Shown piece by piece: positions 47,652 through 58,678 of a stretch of DNA of 64,000 nt; within the stretch, counting starts at the first letter, position 1; each line of letters starts with the position of its first letter. This DNA is from Ilumatobacteraceae bacterium. Its GTDB lineage: Bacteria; Actinomycetota; Acidimicrobiia; Acidimicrobiales; Ilumatobacteraceae. The notes beneath the pieces were generated by a model, which saw only the letters and a list, made by a program, of their open reading frames with translations, had not been told where the DNA came from and made no database searches. Both the position numbers and the translations under genes were made by a program. The stretch lies in the NCBI GenBank assembly GCA_963695145.1, contig CAVOGB010000009.1, positions 437,904 through 501,903 on the forward strand, written 5' to 3'.

Positions 47652-50395
47652 CGGCCTCGGGTACGTTGGCGGCGGTGGACGACGGCGGCACAGGGGCGGA
47701 ACAGGCCAGGGTCGCCGGATTCGGCCAGTTGGCCGACGGCCTGTTGGAGGCCGGCGACTGGTACCGGTGGGGCCCCTACCTGAGCGAGCGCCAGTGGGGA
47801 ACGGTGCGCGAGGACTACAGCGCCGACGGCGAGGCGTGGACCTACTTCCCCCACGACCACGCCCGCTCACGCGCCTACCGCTGGGGCGAGGACGGCATGG
47901 CCGGGTTCTCCGACGTCGAGCAGCGGCTCTGTCTGGGCCTCGCGCTTGTGGAACGGCAACGACGCGATCCTCAAGGAGCGGATGTTCGGCCTCACCGGCG
48001 CCCAGGGCAACCACGGCGAGGACCCCAAGGACTACTGGTGGTACCTCGACTCCCTGCCGAGCCACGCCTGGAACCGCTGGCGGTACCACTATCCGCAGAG
48101 CGCCTTCCCGTACCAGCAGCTCGTCGAGGAGAACGGCCGGCGCGGCAAGCACGACCCGGAGTTCGAACTCCTCGACACCGACGCCTTCGACGACGATCGC
48201 TACTGGGTGGTCGAGGTCGACTACGTCAAGGCCGACGTCGACGACATCGTGATGGTCGTACGGGCGACCAACGCCGGCCCCGAGGCGGCGACCCTCCATG
48301 TGCTCCCGACGGCCTGGTTCCGCAACACCTGGAGTTGGGAGATCGACGCGGTCGAGCCGACACTCCGCCGGAACGACGACGGCGTCGTGGCGATCGACCA
48401 TCCCGTCGTCGGGCCGATGGAGCTCATCGCCTTCCCGGGCCCGGACGGCGCCGATCCGGTCGCCCTGTTCTGCGACAACGAGACCAACGACCGCCGCGTG
48501 TTCGGCTCGGATTCCGGCACGGCCTATCCGAAGGACGGCATCAACGACCATGTCGTCGACGGTGCGGCGACGGTCAACCCCGACCACACCGGCACGAAGG
48601 TCTCGCTGTGGTACCGGCTCGACGTGGCGGCCGGCGCGACGGCCGAGGTGCGCCTCCGGCTGCGACCGGCCGGTGCGCCCGACATCGACATCGATGCGAC
48701 GATCGCACTGCGCCATCGCGAGGCCGACGAGTTCTACGCCGCGCTCACGCCGCCCGAACGATCCGCCGACGAAGCGCTCGTCATGCGCCAGGCGTTCGCC
48801 GGCATGCTCTGGGGCAAGCAGCTCTACGCGTACGACGTGGAGCGATGGCTCGCCGGCGACCCGGCGCAACCGCCGCCGCCGGCGTCACGACGCACCGGTC
48901 GGAACGCCCGCTGGACGCACTTCGAGGCGTTCGACATCATGTCGATGCCCGACCCGTGGGAATACCCCTGGTTCGCGGCATGGGACCTCGGCTTCCACTG
49001 CGTCACGTTCGCCCACCTCGATCCGCAGTTCGCCAAGTATCAGCTGCTGCTGCTCTGCCGCGAGTGGTTCCAGCACCCGAACGGCGCGTTGCCCGCCTAC
49101 GAATGGGACTTCGGCGACGTCAACCCGCCCGTCCAGGCGTGGGCGGCGCTGGAGGTGTTCGCCATCGACGGCGCCCGCGACGTCGACTTCCTGGAGCGCG
49201 TGTTCGACAAGCTCCTCGTGAACTTCACGTGGTGGGTCAACCTCGAAGACGCCGATGGCTCCAACCTGTTCGAAGGCGGGTTCCTCGGCCTCGACAACAT
49301 CGGCCCGATCGACCGCTCCCACCTGCCCGTCGGCGGCCGGCTCGAACAGTCCGACGCCACCGGCTGGATGGCGTTCTACTCGCTCACCATGGCGGCCATC
49401 GCCTCGATCCTCAATCGGTCGGGCACACGATCGGCCGACGACCTCGTCCTCAAGTTCCTCGAACACTTCGCCGCCATCGGCCGAGCGTTGGAGGCTTCGG
49501 GCGTCTGGGACGAAGACGACGGGTTCTTCTACGACCAGCTCATCGCGCCCGACGGCACGATCTCACCGGTCAAGGTCCGTTCGATGGTCGGCGTCATCCC
49601 GCTGCTCGCCGCCGTCACCATCGACGTCGAGCTCATCGACCGCGCCAGGGTGCTGGGCAAGGGTGTCGCCCGGTTGCTCGAAGGGTTCGGAGGCGTCGAC
49701 GGGCTCACCGCGCGCGGCCTCTTGCGCCGCGAGGCCGGCAGGACGCGAGTGCTGTTCGGCGTCACCGGCGCGGACCGGTTGGAACGGGTGCTGGCACGAC
49801 TGTTCGACCCCGCGGAGTTCCTCTCGCCGTACGGCCTACGGGCGCTGTCGGCGTGGCACCGCGACCACCCGTACCATCTCGATGTCGACGGCATCAATGC
49901 GACGATCGACTACGAGCCCGCCGAGTCGACCACCTCGATGTTCGGCGGCAACTCGAACTGGCGTGGCCCGATCTGGATGCCGCTCAACTACCTCGTGATC
50001 GGTGCGCTCGAACGCTACGGACAGTTCTACGGCGACGAACTGCAGATCGAATACCCGACCGGCAGCGGCGTGCGGATGGACCTCAACCAGATCGCCGCCG
50101 ACCTCCGTCAGCGTCTCACGGGCCTGTTCACCATCGGGCCCGACGGTCGGCGGCCGTGCTTCGGGCAGGTCGACCGGCTGCAGCACGACCCCCGTTGGTC
50201 CGACAACATCACGTTCAACGAGTACTTCCACGGCGACGACGGCGCGGGCCTCGGAGCGACGCATCAGACCGGCTGGACCGGCCTCGTGGCCGACCTGATC
50301 CGCGGCCGTCCCGGCAACGGCGTCTACGCCAGCTGTCAGATCGGCCAGATTCTGGGGCGCGCGCCGACATCATCGAGAAGCAGGAGCAGACATGA
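47648..50395 (+). pseudogene. GH63-like glycoside hydrolase (MGH1/mannosylglycerate- or glucosylglycerate-hydrolase-like), with two opposite frame breaks (about 47945-47948 and about 50354-50360)
   Basis: The N-terminus [50 protein letters not shown]...RLCLGLAL is in frame a. The body [34 protein letters not shown]...[13 protein letters not shown] is in frame b (ORF 47946..50528). Frame a ends ...[16 protein letters not shown], overlapping the zwf ATG. Confidence 0.75.
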
Positions 50396-51798
50396 GCGGC
50401 GACACGTGCGACACGCTGGTGATCTTCGGGATCACCGGCGACCTGGCGAGGGTCATGACCTTCCGGTCGCTCTATCGCCTCGAGGCTCGAGGGCTGATCG
50501 ACTGCCCGATCGTCGGCGTCGCCGGTGACGACTGGACGCTCGATCGGCTCGTCGACCGGGCGCGCACGTCGATCGAGGCGACCGGTGAAACCATCGACGA
50601 CGCGGTGTTCGACCGGTTCGTCGCGCGGCTGTCGTACGTGCGAGGCGACTTCGCCGACGACGCCACCTACACCCGGGTCGCCGATGCGATCCAGGGCGCC
50701 CAACGGCCCGTGTTCTACCTCGAGATCCCGCCGTTCCTGTTCGCCACCGTGGTGAAGGGGCTGCACGACGCCGACCTCACCAAGGCGGCCCGCATCGTGG
50801 TGGAAAAGCCGTTCGGTCACGATCTCGACTCGGCCAAGGCGCTCGCCGCCGAGCTGCACGAGTACGTCGACGAATCGCAGATCCTGCGCATCGACCACTA
50901 CCTCGGCAAGATGGGCCTCTCCGAGATTCTCTTCCTGCGCTTCGCCAACGTGATGCTGGAACCGGTGTGGAACCGCAACTACGTCGACTCGGTGCAGATC
51001 ACGATGGCGGAGGACTTCGGCGTCGACGACCGGGGCCACTTCTACGATCCGGTCGGCGCGCTGCGCGACGTCGTGGTCAACCACCTGATGCAGGTCGTCG
51101 CCGCCGCGGCGATGGAGCCTCCCGCCGGCGGGCGCTCCGAGGATCTGAAGAATTCGCTGGTGACCGCGTTCCGGGCGGTCAGCATTGCCGACCCGGCGCA
51201 CTACGTGCGCGGCCAGTACGACGGGTACCTCGACATCGACGGTGTCGCGGCCGACTCGACGACCGAGACGTTCGCCGCGCTCCGCCTCGAGATCGACAAC
51301 TGGCGCTGGTCGGGCGTGCCGTTCTTCATCCGCGCCGGCAAGCGGCTTCCCGTCACGCAGACCGAACTGCGCATCGTGTTCAAACATCCGCCGCGGCTCG
51401 GTTTCGCCATGCTCGACCGCGACAAGTCCGAACCCGACCAGTTCGTGGTGAAGCTCGACCCGTCGACCGGGGTGCGCATCGAGATGCAGGCCCACCGGGC
51501 GCACTCGACGGGTCCGGGACCGATCACGCTCGACATGGAGTTCGCCGACGAGGGTGGCGAGGGCCCCACGCCGTACGAGGTCCTGCTGCACGCGGCGATG
51601 GTCGGCGACACCACCCGCTTCACCCGCCAGGACGGGGTGGAGGAGACTTGGCGGATCATGCAACCGCTCGTCGATTCGCCGCCACCCGTCCACCCGTATG
51701 CACCCGGCTCCTGGGGTCCGGCGGCAGCCGACGACCTGCTCGCCGGCCACCGCCCGTGGCACGATCCGTGGATGGGCGAAGCCCGCCACACCGACTGA
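50392..51798 (+). CDS. zwf: Glucose-6-phosphate 1-dehydrogenase
   Basis: [16 protein letters not shown] and RIDHYLGK are present; 468 aa. Confidence 0.9.
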   Translation: MSGDTCDTLVIFGITGDLARVMTFRSLYRLEARGLIDCPIVGVAGDDWTLDRLVDRARTSIEATGETIDDAVFDRFVARLSYVRGDFADDATYTRVADAIQGAQRPVFYLEIPPFLFATVVKGLHDADLTKAARIVVEKPFGHDLDSAKALAAELHEYVDESQILRIDHYLGKMGLSEILFLRFANVMLEPVWNRNYVDSVQITMAEDFGVDDRGHFYDPVGALRDVVVNHLMQVVAAAAMEPPAGGRSEDLKNSLVTAFRAVSIADPAHYVRGQYDGYLDIDGVAADSTTETFAALRLEIDNWRWSGVPFFIRAGKRLPVTQTELRIVFKHPPRLGFAMLDRDKSEPDQFVVKLDPSTGVRIEMQAHRAHSTGPGPITLDMEFADEGGEGPTPYEVLLHAAMVGDTTRFTRQDGVEETWRIMQPLVDSPPPVHPYAPGSWGPAAADDLLAGHRPWHDPWMGEARHTD

Positions 51799-51799
51799 C

Positions 51800-52673
51800 G
51801 TGCGCGTTCCCGACGACTTCCTCGACAGCGTGCGAACCCATGGGTTCGCGATCATGCCGGGCTTCCTCAGCGCCGACGAGGTCGCTAGCCGCCCGCGACG
51901 CATTGTTCGAGGTCTACCCACGGCCCGAGCAGTACTTCGCCGATCCGGACTCGTACCGCCACCTCGTGGCCAGCCAGTTCTCCGGCCTGACGGTCGCACC
52001 GTTCAAGTCGCAAACACTGAACCGGCTCGCGGTCCACCCCGATCTCGTCGACGCGGCCGAACGGTTCTGCGGAACCGCCGATCTCCAGGTGTACAAGATC
52101 GAGCTCTGGGCCAAGTACAGCGGCACCGTCGACTACGACCAGCCGCACCACCGCGACTACGGCAACCACAACATGGTCGTGCCCCGCGCGGACGGCCGCT
52201 GGCCGCAGCTCACCTCGTTCATCCTGCTGTCGGACGTCACGGAGGCCGATGGCCCCACTCGGGTCGTTCCCCGCGCGGTCGGCGATCGCGAGCCGATGAC
52301 GCCGGCGATGGTCGAACCCGGACGATTCGCCGATGACGAGGTCCCTGTCGTCGGCCCCGCGGGCACGCTGTTCAGCTACACGACCGACGTGTTCCACCGG
52401 GGCTCGGCGATGACCGGTCACGAGCGCAGCCGGTTCGCCCTGCTGTCCGATTTCTCCGCACGTGGGCTTCCGTGGATGGGCAAGATGGCGTGGCCGAACT
52501 CCGGCAACCAGCGGGCATGGGTCGAGATGATCACGCACGCATCGGTGCGCGAACGCGACCTGTTCGGGTTCCCGCCGGCCGGGCACGAGTACTGGAACGA
52601 CCAGACGCTGCACGACGTGGCGCGCCGCTACCCCGGCATCGACATGGAGCCGTACCGCCGCCCTACGGGTTGA
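51800..52673 (+). pseudogene. Phytanoyl-CoA dioxygenase (PhyH) family protein, frame-broken near 51884-51889
   Basis: The N-terminus VRVPDDFLDSVRTHGFAIMPGFLSADEV (GTG 51800) is in the frame of ORF 51554..52336. The remainder AARDALFEVYPRPEQYF...QPHHRDYGNH...TDVFHRGSAM is in the frame of ORF 50967..52673. The junction reads gag gtc gct(a)gcc gcc. Confidence 0.75.
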
Positions 52674-52709
52674 TGGCCAGGAAGACGAAGACGGCGGCGA
52701 TCACCAGGG

Positions 52710-53474
52710 TCAGCGCGGCGCGAAGCGCTGGCCGGCGTCGAGCCGGATGGTGCCGCCGTTCAGCATCGGGTTGTCGATGATCGCCGCGGCGAGCTTGGCG
52801 TACTCGTCGGGGCTGCCCATGCGCTTCGGGAAGGCGGCATCGGCGACGAGCTTGGCCTTCATCTCGTCCGGCGCCGCCTTGACGAGGCCCGTGTCGAACA
52901 GGCTCGGCGCGATCGCGTTGACGCGGATGCCGAACGAGCCGAGGTCGCGGGCCATCGTCAGCGACATGCCGGCGACGCCCGCCTTCGACGCGGTGTAGGC
53001 GATCTGGCCGATCTGGCCCTCGAACGCGGCGATCGACGCGGTGTTGATGATCACGCCGCGCTCGTCGTCGGCGTTGGGCTCGTTCTTCGCCATCGCCTCG
53101 GCCTGCAGACGGTTGAGGTTGAACGTGGCGACCAGGTTGAGGTCGACGACCTGGCGGAACGATTCGAGGTCGTGGGCGACGCCCTGCTTGTCGAGCGTCT
53201 TCTTGCCGATGCCGCCACCGGCGACGTTGACGCCGACGTCGAGTCCGCCCAGGGCCTCGATCGCCGCGGCGACGGTCTGCTCGGTGCCCTCGAAGTCGGT
53301 GATGTCGCACTCGAAGAAGTAGCCACCGATCGCCTCGGCGACCGCGGCACCCTCGGTGCCGGGACGGTCGAGGATGGCCACCTTCGCACCCGCCGCGGCG
53401 ACCCGCTCGGCCGTGGCGCGAGCCATGCCCGATGCCCCTCCGACCACCATCACCCGTGCGCCGTTGATCTCCAT
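52710..53474 (-). CDS. SDR, 3-hydroxyacyl-CoA dehydrogenase type-2-like
   Basis: ATG 53474 follows GGAGGA. VVGGASGMARA and YTASKAGVAGM are present, and the tail is ...LNGGTIRLDAGQRFAPR. Confidence 0.85.
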   Translation of the reverse strand: MEINGARVMVVGGASGMARATAERVAAAGAKVAILDRPGTEGAAVAEAIGGYFFECDITDFEGTEQTVAAAIEALGGLDVGVNVAGGGIGKKTLDKQGVAHDLESFRQVVDLNLVATFNLNRLQAEAMAKNEPNADDERGVIINTASIAAFEGQIGQIAYTASKAGVAGMSLTMARDLGSFGIRVNAIAPSLFDTGLVKAAPDEMKAKLVADAAFPKRMGSPDEYAKLAAAIIDNPMLNGGTIRLDAGQRFAPR

Positions 53475-53611
53475 GATTCCTCCTCTGGTGGCGGCTGCGC
53501 CGCGCATTGCTGGCGGCTCGGCCGCGGTCGTTCCCCGGGCGGACTGCGCCGGCGTCGGACGTCGACCGTACTGCGCCGCTCGCCGAAGTGACAAGACGGG
53601 TCTTCCCCTGC

Positions 53612-53626
53612 GAGAATGACACTCTC
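53612..53626. promoter_or_regulatory. Candidate operator dyad GAGAATGACACTCTC (site 7 of 9)
   Basis: It lies in the divergent region between SDR (53474, -) and thiolase (53684, +). Confidence 0.45.
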
Positions 53627-53683
53627 ACGTTCGTCAACGAACCCGGCCCACACACCCATCCCGAACCTCGAGGGGAACCACAC

Positions 53684-54922
53684 ATGTCCGACGCCCTGAT
53701 CATCGACGCCTGCCGCACGCCACGCGGTATCGGCAAGCCCGGCAAGGGCTCGCTCGCCCACCTCCATCCGCAGCGCCTCGCGTCGTCGGTCCTCGCCGCG
53801 ATCGCCGAACGCAACGACCTCGACACGTCGAAGGTCGACGACATCATCTGGGGCACGAGCAACCAGTCGGGCACGCAGGCCGGCGACCTCGGCCGCATGG
53901 GCGCGCTCGACGCCGGCTACGACGTCAGGGCGAGCGGCGTCACCCTCGACCGCTTCTGCGGCAGCGGCATCACGTCGTCCAACCTCGCCGCCGGCATGAT
54001 CGGCGCCGGGCTCGAGGACATCGTCATCGCCGGCGGCACCGACATGATGTCGACCTATGCGGCGAACCGCGTGCCGGGCCTGCCGCCGTTCATGGACGCC
54101 GGCAACACCCACCTCCGCTCGATCCACCCGCAGCCGCACCAGGGCATCTGCGGCGACGCGATCGCCACACTCGAAGGCATCCCGCGCGACGCGCTCGACG
54201 ACCTCGCCTTCGAGTCGCAACAGCGCGCCGCCAAGGCGATCGCCGAGGGCCGCTTCGAGCGCAGCCTCATCACGGTCCACAACGACGACGGCACCGTCGC
54301 CCTCGACCACGACGAGTACCCGCGGCCGCAGACCACGCGCGAGGGCTTGTCCGGTCTGGCACCGGCCTTTGCCGGCCTCTACGACGTGCCCCTCGACGAG
54401 GCCGGCACGTCGTTCAAGTCGCTGATCACCCAGGTGTATCCGGACCTCGAGGTGGAGCACGTCCACCACGCCGGCAACAGCTCGGGTGTCGTCGACGGTG
54501 CGGCGGCGATCCTGTGGGCCAGCCCCGAGGCCGCCAAGGCCAACGGCTGGACGCCACGGGCGCGGCTCGTCGCCATGGCGAACGTCGGCGACTCGCCGAC
54601 GCTCATGCTCAACGCTCCGGTCCCCGCGGCCCGCAAGGTGCTCGACAAGGCCGGCCTGACGATCGACGACATCGACGTGTTCGAGGTCAACGAAGCCTTC
54701 GCCGTCGTCGTCGAGAAGTTCATCCGCGACCTCGGCGTCGACCGCGACAAGATCAACGTCAACGGCGGCGCCATCGCCCTCGGCCACCCGATCGGCGCCA
54801 CCGGCGCCATCCTGATCGGCACCGCCCTCGACGAGCTCGAGCGCACCGACGGCCGTTACGGCCTGATCACCATGTGCGCCGCCGGCGGCATGGCACCGGC
54901 CATCATCATCGAACGGATCTGA
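53684..54922 (+). CDS. Acetyl-CoA C-acyltransferase (thiolase)
   Basis: ATG 53684 follows GAGGGGA. The active-site Cys is in LDRFCGSG, with NVNGGAIALGHPIGATG and MCAAGGMA also present. Confidence 0.9.
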   Translation: MSDALIIDACRTPRGIGKPGKGSLAHLHPQRLASSVLAAIAERNDLDTSKVDDIIWGTSNQSGTQAGDLGRMGALDAGYDVRASGVTLDRFCGSGITSSNLAAGMIGAGLEDIVIAGGTDMMSTYAANRVPGLPPFMDAGNTHLRSIHPQPHQGICGDAIATLEGIPRDALDDLAFESQQRAAKAIAEGRFERSLITVHNDDGTVALDHDEYPRPQTTREGLSGLAPAFAGLYDVPLDEAGTSFKSLITQVYPDLEVEHVHHAGNSSGVVDGAAAILWASPEAAKANGWTPRARLVAMANVGDSPTLMLNAPVPAARKVLDKAGLTIDDIDVFEVNEAFAVVVEKFIRDLGVDRDKINVNGGAIALGHPIGATGAILIGTALDELERTDGRYGLITMCAAGGMAPAIIIERI

Positions 54923-54923
54923 C

Positions 54924-55736
54924 ATGAGCGACGTGCTGTACGAGGTGGTCGACGACAACGTCGGCGTGGTCACCCTGAACCGACCGGACAAGGCGAACTC
55001 GCAGACCCCGGCGATGCTCGACGAGCTCAACGACGTGATGATGGCGGCCGCCGCCGACCGCGAGATCCGGGTGATCGTGTTGCAGGCCAACGGGAAGCAC
55101 TTCTCGGCCGGTCACGACATCTCCGGCGAGGGCCGGCGCGAAGAGGACGCCATCGACCTCAAGGTCGAAGGGCTCGCCGGCATCTACGAGTGGGAGACGA
55201 AGCGGTACATCGGCTACTCCCGGGCGTGGCGTGACATCCGCAAGCCGACGATCGCCGCCGTGCAGGGGCAGTGCATCGCCGGTGGGCTGCTGCTGTGCTG
55301 GCCGATGGACATCATCATCGCCGCCGACAACGCCAAGTTCTCCGACCCGGTCGTGCGCATGGGCATCGGCGGCGTCGAGTACCACGGCCACACCTGGGAA
55401 CTCGGCCCGCGCAAGGCGAAGGAATGGCTCTTCACCGCCTCGCAGTTCACCGCCGAGGAGGCCGAGAGGTACGGCATGGTCAACCACGTCGTGCCGCTCG
55501 ACGACCTCCGCGAGTTCACGATGACGATGGCGGGTCGCATCGCGGCGATGAACCCGTTCGCGCTGGCGCAGGCCAAGCGCGCCGTCAACCAGACCCAGGA
55601 CGTGCAGGGCTTCTACGCCGCGATCCAGTCGGTGTTCGACATCCACTCGACCGGCCACGGCCACGCCCTGTCGGTCAACGGCTATCCGATCCTGGTCGAC
55701 CTCGACCAGATGAAGCAATCGATGAAGGAGGGCTGA
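54924..55736 (+). CDS. Enoyl-CoA hydratase/isomerase (crotonase) family protein
   Basis: VVTLNRPDKANSQT, GKHFSAGHDI and VQGQCIAGGLLL are present. Confidence 0.9.
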   Translation: MSDVLYEVVDDNVGVVTLNRPDKANSQTPAMLDELNDVMMAAAADREIRVIVLQANGKHFSAGHDISGEGRREEDAIDLKVEGLAGIYEWETKRYIGYSRAWRDIRKPTIAAVQGQCIAGGLLLCWPMDIIIAADNAKFSDPVVRMGIGGVEYHGHTWELGPRKAKEWLFTASQFTAEEAERYGMVNHVVPLDDLREFTMTMAGRIAAMNPFALAQAKRAVNQTQDVQGFYAAIQSVFDIHSTGHGHALSVNGYPILVDLDQMKQSMKEG

Positions 55737-56191
55737 TGGCCGCGACCGCCCCGCTCACTGCCAGCCCGATCGCGGAGGGCCTGTTCACCTGGCCGTCGGA
55801 GACACCGGCACTGCTCGGTACGAGGTGCGGCTCGTGCGGCGAGGTGACGTTCCCGAGCCACTACGGCTGCCCGCGGTGCGCCTCCGAGGACATGACCACG
55901 ATCGAACTCGGCCGCACCGGCACCGTGTGGACGTGGACCACCCAGAACTTCCGCCCGCCGCCGCCGTACGCCGGCCCGGAGGAGTTCGTGCCGTACCACG
56001 TCGGCTACGTCGAGCTGCCCGGTGAGGTGATCGTCGAGTCGTACCTCACCGGGTACGGCGACGGCCACCCGCACATCGGTGACGCCGTCGAGCTGACCAT
56101 CATCCCGTTCAGCACGAACGAGGCGGGCGACGTCGTCACCTACGCGTTCGGCCCTGTCGCGGGCGACACCGCGGTCGGAGCCGGATCATGA
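55736..56191 (+). CDS. DUF35 OB-fold/Zn-ribbon protein (thiolase partner)
   Basis: The ATG shares 1 nt with the upstream TGA. The Zn ribbon is CGSCGEVTFPSHYGCPRC, followed by an OB fold ...PYHVGYVELPGEVIVESYL. Confidence 0.85.
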   Translation: MAATAPLTASPIAEGLFTWPSETPALLGTRCGSCGEVTFPSHYGCPRCASEDMTTIELGRTGTVWTWTTQNFRPPPPYAGPEEFVPYHVGYVELPGEVIVESYLTGYGDGHPHIGDAVELTIIPFSTNEAGDVVTYAFGPVAGDTAVGAGS

Positions 56192-57336
56192 CCGCCGACG
56201 TCGCCATCATCGGAGTCGGGCTGCACCCGTTCGGGCGCTTCCCCGGCAAGTCCGCCATCGAGATGGGCGCCGCCGCCGCGCGCCTCGCCATGAAGGATGC
56301 CGGGGTCGAATGGCGCGACGTGCAGTTCGCGTTCGGCGGCAGCTACGAGGTCGACAACCCCGACTCGATCGTCAACCAGTTCGGGATGACGGGCATCCCG
56401 TTCTTCAACATGTACAACGGCTGCGCCACCGCGGCGAGCGTGCTCACGCAGGCGACGAACACGATCCGCCTCGGCGAGTACGACATCGGCATGGCGATCG
56501 GCATGGACAAGCACGTGCCCGGCGCGTTCAACGCCGACCCGACGCTGTACAGCCTGCCGACCTGGTACGGCGAGGCCGGCATGTTCCTCACGCCGAAGTA
56601 CTTCGCCGAGAAGATCCAGCGGTACATGTACGACTTCGACATCACCCCGACCACGCTCGCCCGCGTGGCGGCGAAGAACTTCGGCAACGGCGCGCTCAAC
56701 GAGAACGCGTTCCGTCGCACGCCGATGTCGGTCGAGGCGATCCTCGAGTCGCGCATCGTCAACGACCCGCTCACCCAGTACATGTTCTGCGCGCCGGACG
56801 AAGGCGCCGCGGCCATCGTGCTGTGCCGCGCCGATCGGGCCCACGAGTTCACCGACACGCCGATCTACCTGCACGCCTCCGAGGTGCGCACCCGGCGGAT
56901 CGGTGCGTTCGAGGTCCACAGCCCGTCGATCCCGCTCGAGCGGGTCCCGGGGCCGACGGTCGACGTGTCGAAGGCGGCGTACGAGAAGGCCGGCATCGGC
57001 CCGGAGGACGTCGACGTCATCCAGCTGCAGGACACCGACGCCGGCGCGGAGGTGTACCACATGGCCGAGAACGGCTTCTGTGCCGATGGCGATCAGGAGC
57101 GGCTGCTCGCCGACGGGGCCACCAACATCGACGGCCCGCTGCCGATCAACACCGACGGTGGCCTGATCGCCAACGGCGAACCGATCGGTGCGTCGGGCCT
57201 GCGCCAGATCCACGAACTCGTCAAGCAGCTGCGCGGCCAGGCCGGCGACCGCCAGGTCCCCGGCAACCCGAAGGTCGGCTACGCCCAGCTCTACGGCGCC
57301 CCCGGCACCGCCGGCGTCAGCATCATCTCCCGCTGA
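56188..57336 (+). CDS. SCP-x-type thiolase-like (lipid-transfer-protein-like) enzyme
   Basis: ATG 56188 overlaps the upstream stop (ATGA). VAIIGVGLHPFGR, NMYNGCATAAS and NTDGGLIANGEPIGASG are present. Confidence 0.85.
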   Translation: MTADVAIIGVGLHPFGRFPGKSAIEMGAAAARLAMKDAGVEWRDVQFAFGGSYEVDNPDSIVNQFGMTGIPFFNMYNGCATAASVLTQATNTIRLGEYDIGMAIGMDKHVPGAFNADPTLYSLPTWYGEAGMFLTPKYFAEKIQRYMYDFDITPTTLARVAAKNFGNGALNENAFRRTPMSVEAILESRIVNDPLTQYMFCAPDEGAAAIVLCRADRAHEFTDTPIYLHASEVRTRRIGAFEVHSPSIPLERVPGPTVDVSKAAYEKAGIGPEDVDVIQLQDTDAGAEVYHMAENGFCADGDQERLLADGATNIDGPLPINTDGGLIANGEPIGASGLRQIHELVKQLRGQAGDRQVPGNPKVGYAQLYGAPGTAGVSIISR

Positions 57337-57350
57337 CGCACGTCATCCCA

Positions 57351-57392
57351 GCGATGAGCGAAACCACCGGATACGGAGGTTTCGCTCATCGC
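57351..57392. repeat. REP-like family 1, third copy, inverted orientation
   Basis: gcgatgagcgaaaccaccggatacggaggtttcgctcatcgc; the loop ggatac is the reverse complement of the gtatcc loop at 45.6 kb. It lies between convergent stops 57336 (+) and 57392 (-), and its last base belongs to the TAG stop. Confidence 0.9.
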
Positions 57393-58678
57393 TACTTGGC
57401 GGGCGGGCCTTTGGGGACGTCGCGGAACGGGGTGTTGCGGTCGTACGAGAGTTCACGGGGCATGCCGAGGACGCGTTCGGCGATGACGTTGCGGGCCATC
57501 TCCGTCGTGCCGCCGCCGAGTGTCGACACCTGCCGCAGCAGGTAGTCGTTGCCGATCTCGGCCGCTGCGCCGTCGGTGTCGTCCCAGGCGGTCGCGCTCG
57601 AGCCGGCGAGCTCGAAGGCGATCGACGTCAGGCGCGTCGTCGACACGCCGGAGTACAGCCGGCCGACCGACGCCGCCTGGTCCGACATCTTGCCGGTCGA
57701 GATGCCCTCGGCGATCCGGTGTTGGATCACCTCGCCGACGAGTTCCAGCATGTACGCCTCGCCGAGCAGGTCACGGCTCACCGGGTCGTCGAGGCGACCG
57801 CTGTCGCGGGCGATGTCGACGTTGTGCAGGCTGCGTCGCGAGCTGCCGGCGTTGCCGGTCGCGGAGGTGACGTACGGGGAGTTGTGCAGCATCCGCTCGT
57901 GGAACATCCAGCGGGTGCCGATCGTCCAACCCTCGTTGACGTCGCCGATCCGGGCGGAGTCGGGCACGCGCACGTCGGTGATGAACTCCTGGCAGAAGTC
58001 CTTGAACCCGTTGAGCATCTCGATGCGGTGGATCTCGATGCCGGGCTGGTGCAGCGGGAAGATGAACACCGACAGCCCGCGGTGCTTCGGCACGTCCCAG
58101 TTCGTCCGGGCGAGGCACAGGCCCCAGTCGGAGAACCAGGCGCCGGTCGTCCAGACCTTCGAGCCGTTGAGGATCCACTCGTCGCCGTCGCGCACGGCGG
58201 TCATCAGCGCGCCCGCCACGTCGGAACCACCACTCGGTTCGGACAGCAACTGCATCCACAACTCCTCGCCCTTGATGATCGCCGGGAGGTGGCGGAGCTT
58301 CTGCTCGTGCGTGCCGAACTCGAGCAGCACGGCGGCGCACGGCGAGAACGTCGGCGCCTGGAGACGGAAGGGATAGGCGAACCCCGACAGCTCCTCGCGC
58401 AACGCCATCTGGTGCGCCGGAGTGAGCCCGAGGCCGCCGTACTCGCGGGGGAAGCAGACACCGGCCAGGCCGGCGTCGTAGAACTTCCGTTGCAGCTGGC
58501 GAGCTTCCTCGACCTCGGCCAGTTCCTCCTCGTCGGTGAACCGTGGCCGCAGGTACCCGACCTGATCGGACGGCGTGCTCGCCGGCAGGGTGCTGCGGAT
58601 CCAGGCCCGAGCGCGGGCCCGGAACTCGTCGACGGACTCCGGCTCGGCCGCCACGATCTCGTCGCGCAGATCGGTCAT
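57392..58678 (-). CDS. Acyl-CoA dehydrogenase, catalytic-type subunit
   Basis: ATG 58678 overlaps the upstream stop (ATGA). LSEPSGGSDVAG and LGGGTTEMARNVIAERVLGMP are present. Confidence 0.9.
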   Translation of the reverse strand: MTDLRDEIVAAEPESVDEFRARARAWIRSTLPASTPSDQVGYLRPRFTDEEELAEVEEARQLQRKFYDAGLAGVCFPREYGGLGLTPAHQMALREELSGFAYPFRLQAPTFSPCAAVLLEFGTHEQKLRHLPAIIKGEELWMQLLSEPSGGSDVAGALMTAVRDGDEWILNGSKVWTTGAWFSDWGLCLARTNWDVPKHRGLSVFIFPLHQPGIEIHRIEMLNGFKDFCQEFITDVRVPDSARIGDVNEGWTIGTRWMFHERMLHNSPYVTSATGNAGSSRRSLHNVDIARDSGRLDDPVSRDLLGEAYMLELVGEVIQHRIAEGISTGKMSDQAASVGRLYSGVSTTRLTSIAFELAGSSATAWDDTDGAAAEIGNDYLLRQVSTLGGGTTEMARNVIAERVLGMPRELSYDRNTPFRDVPKGPPAK

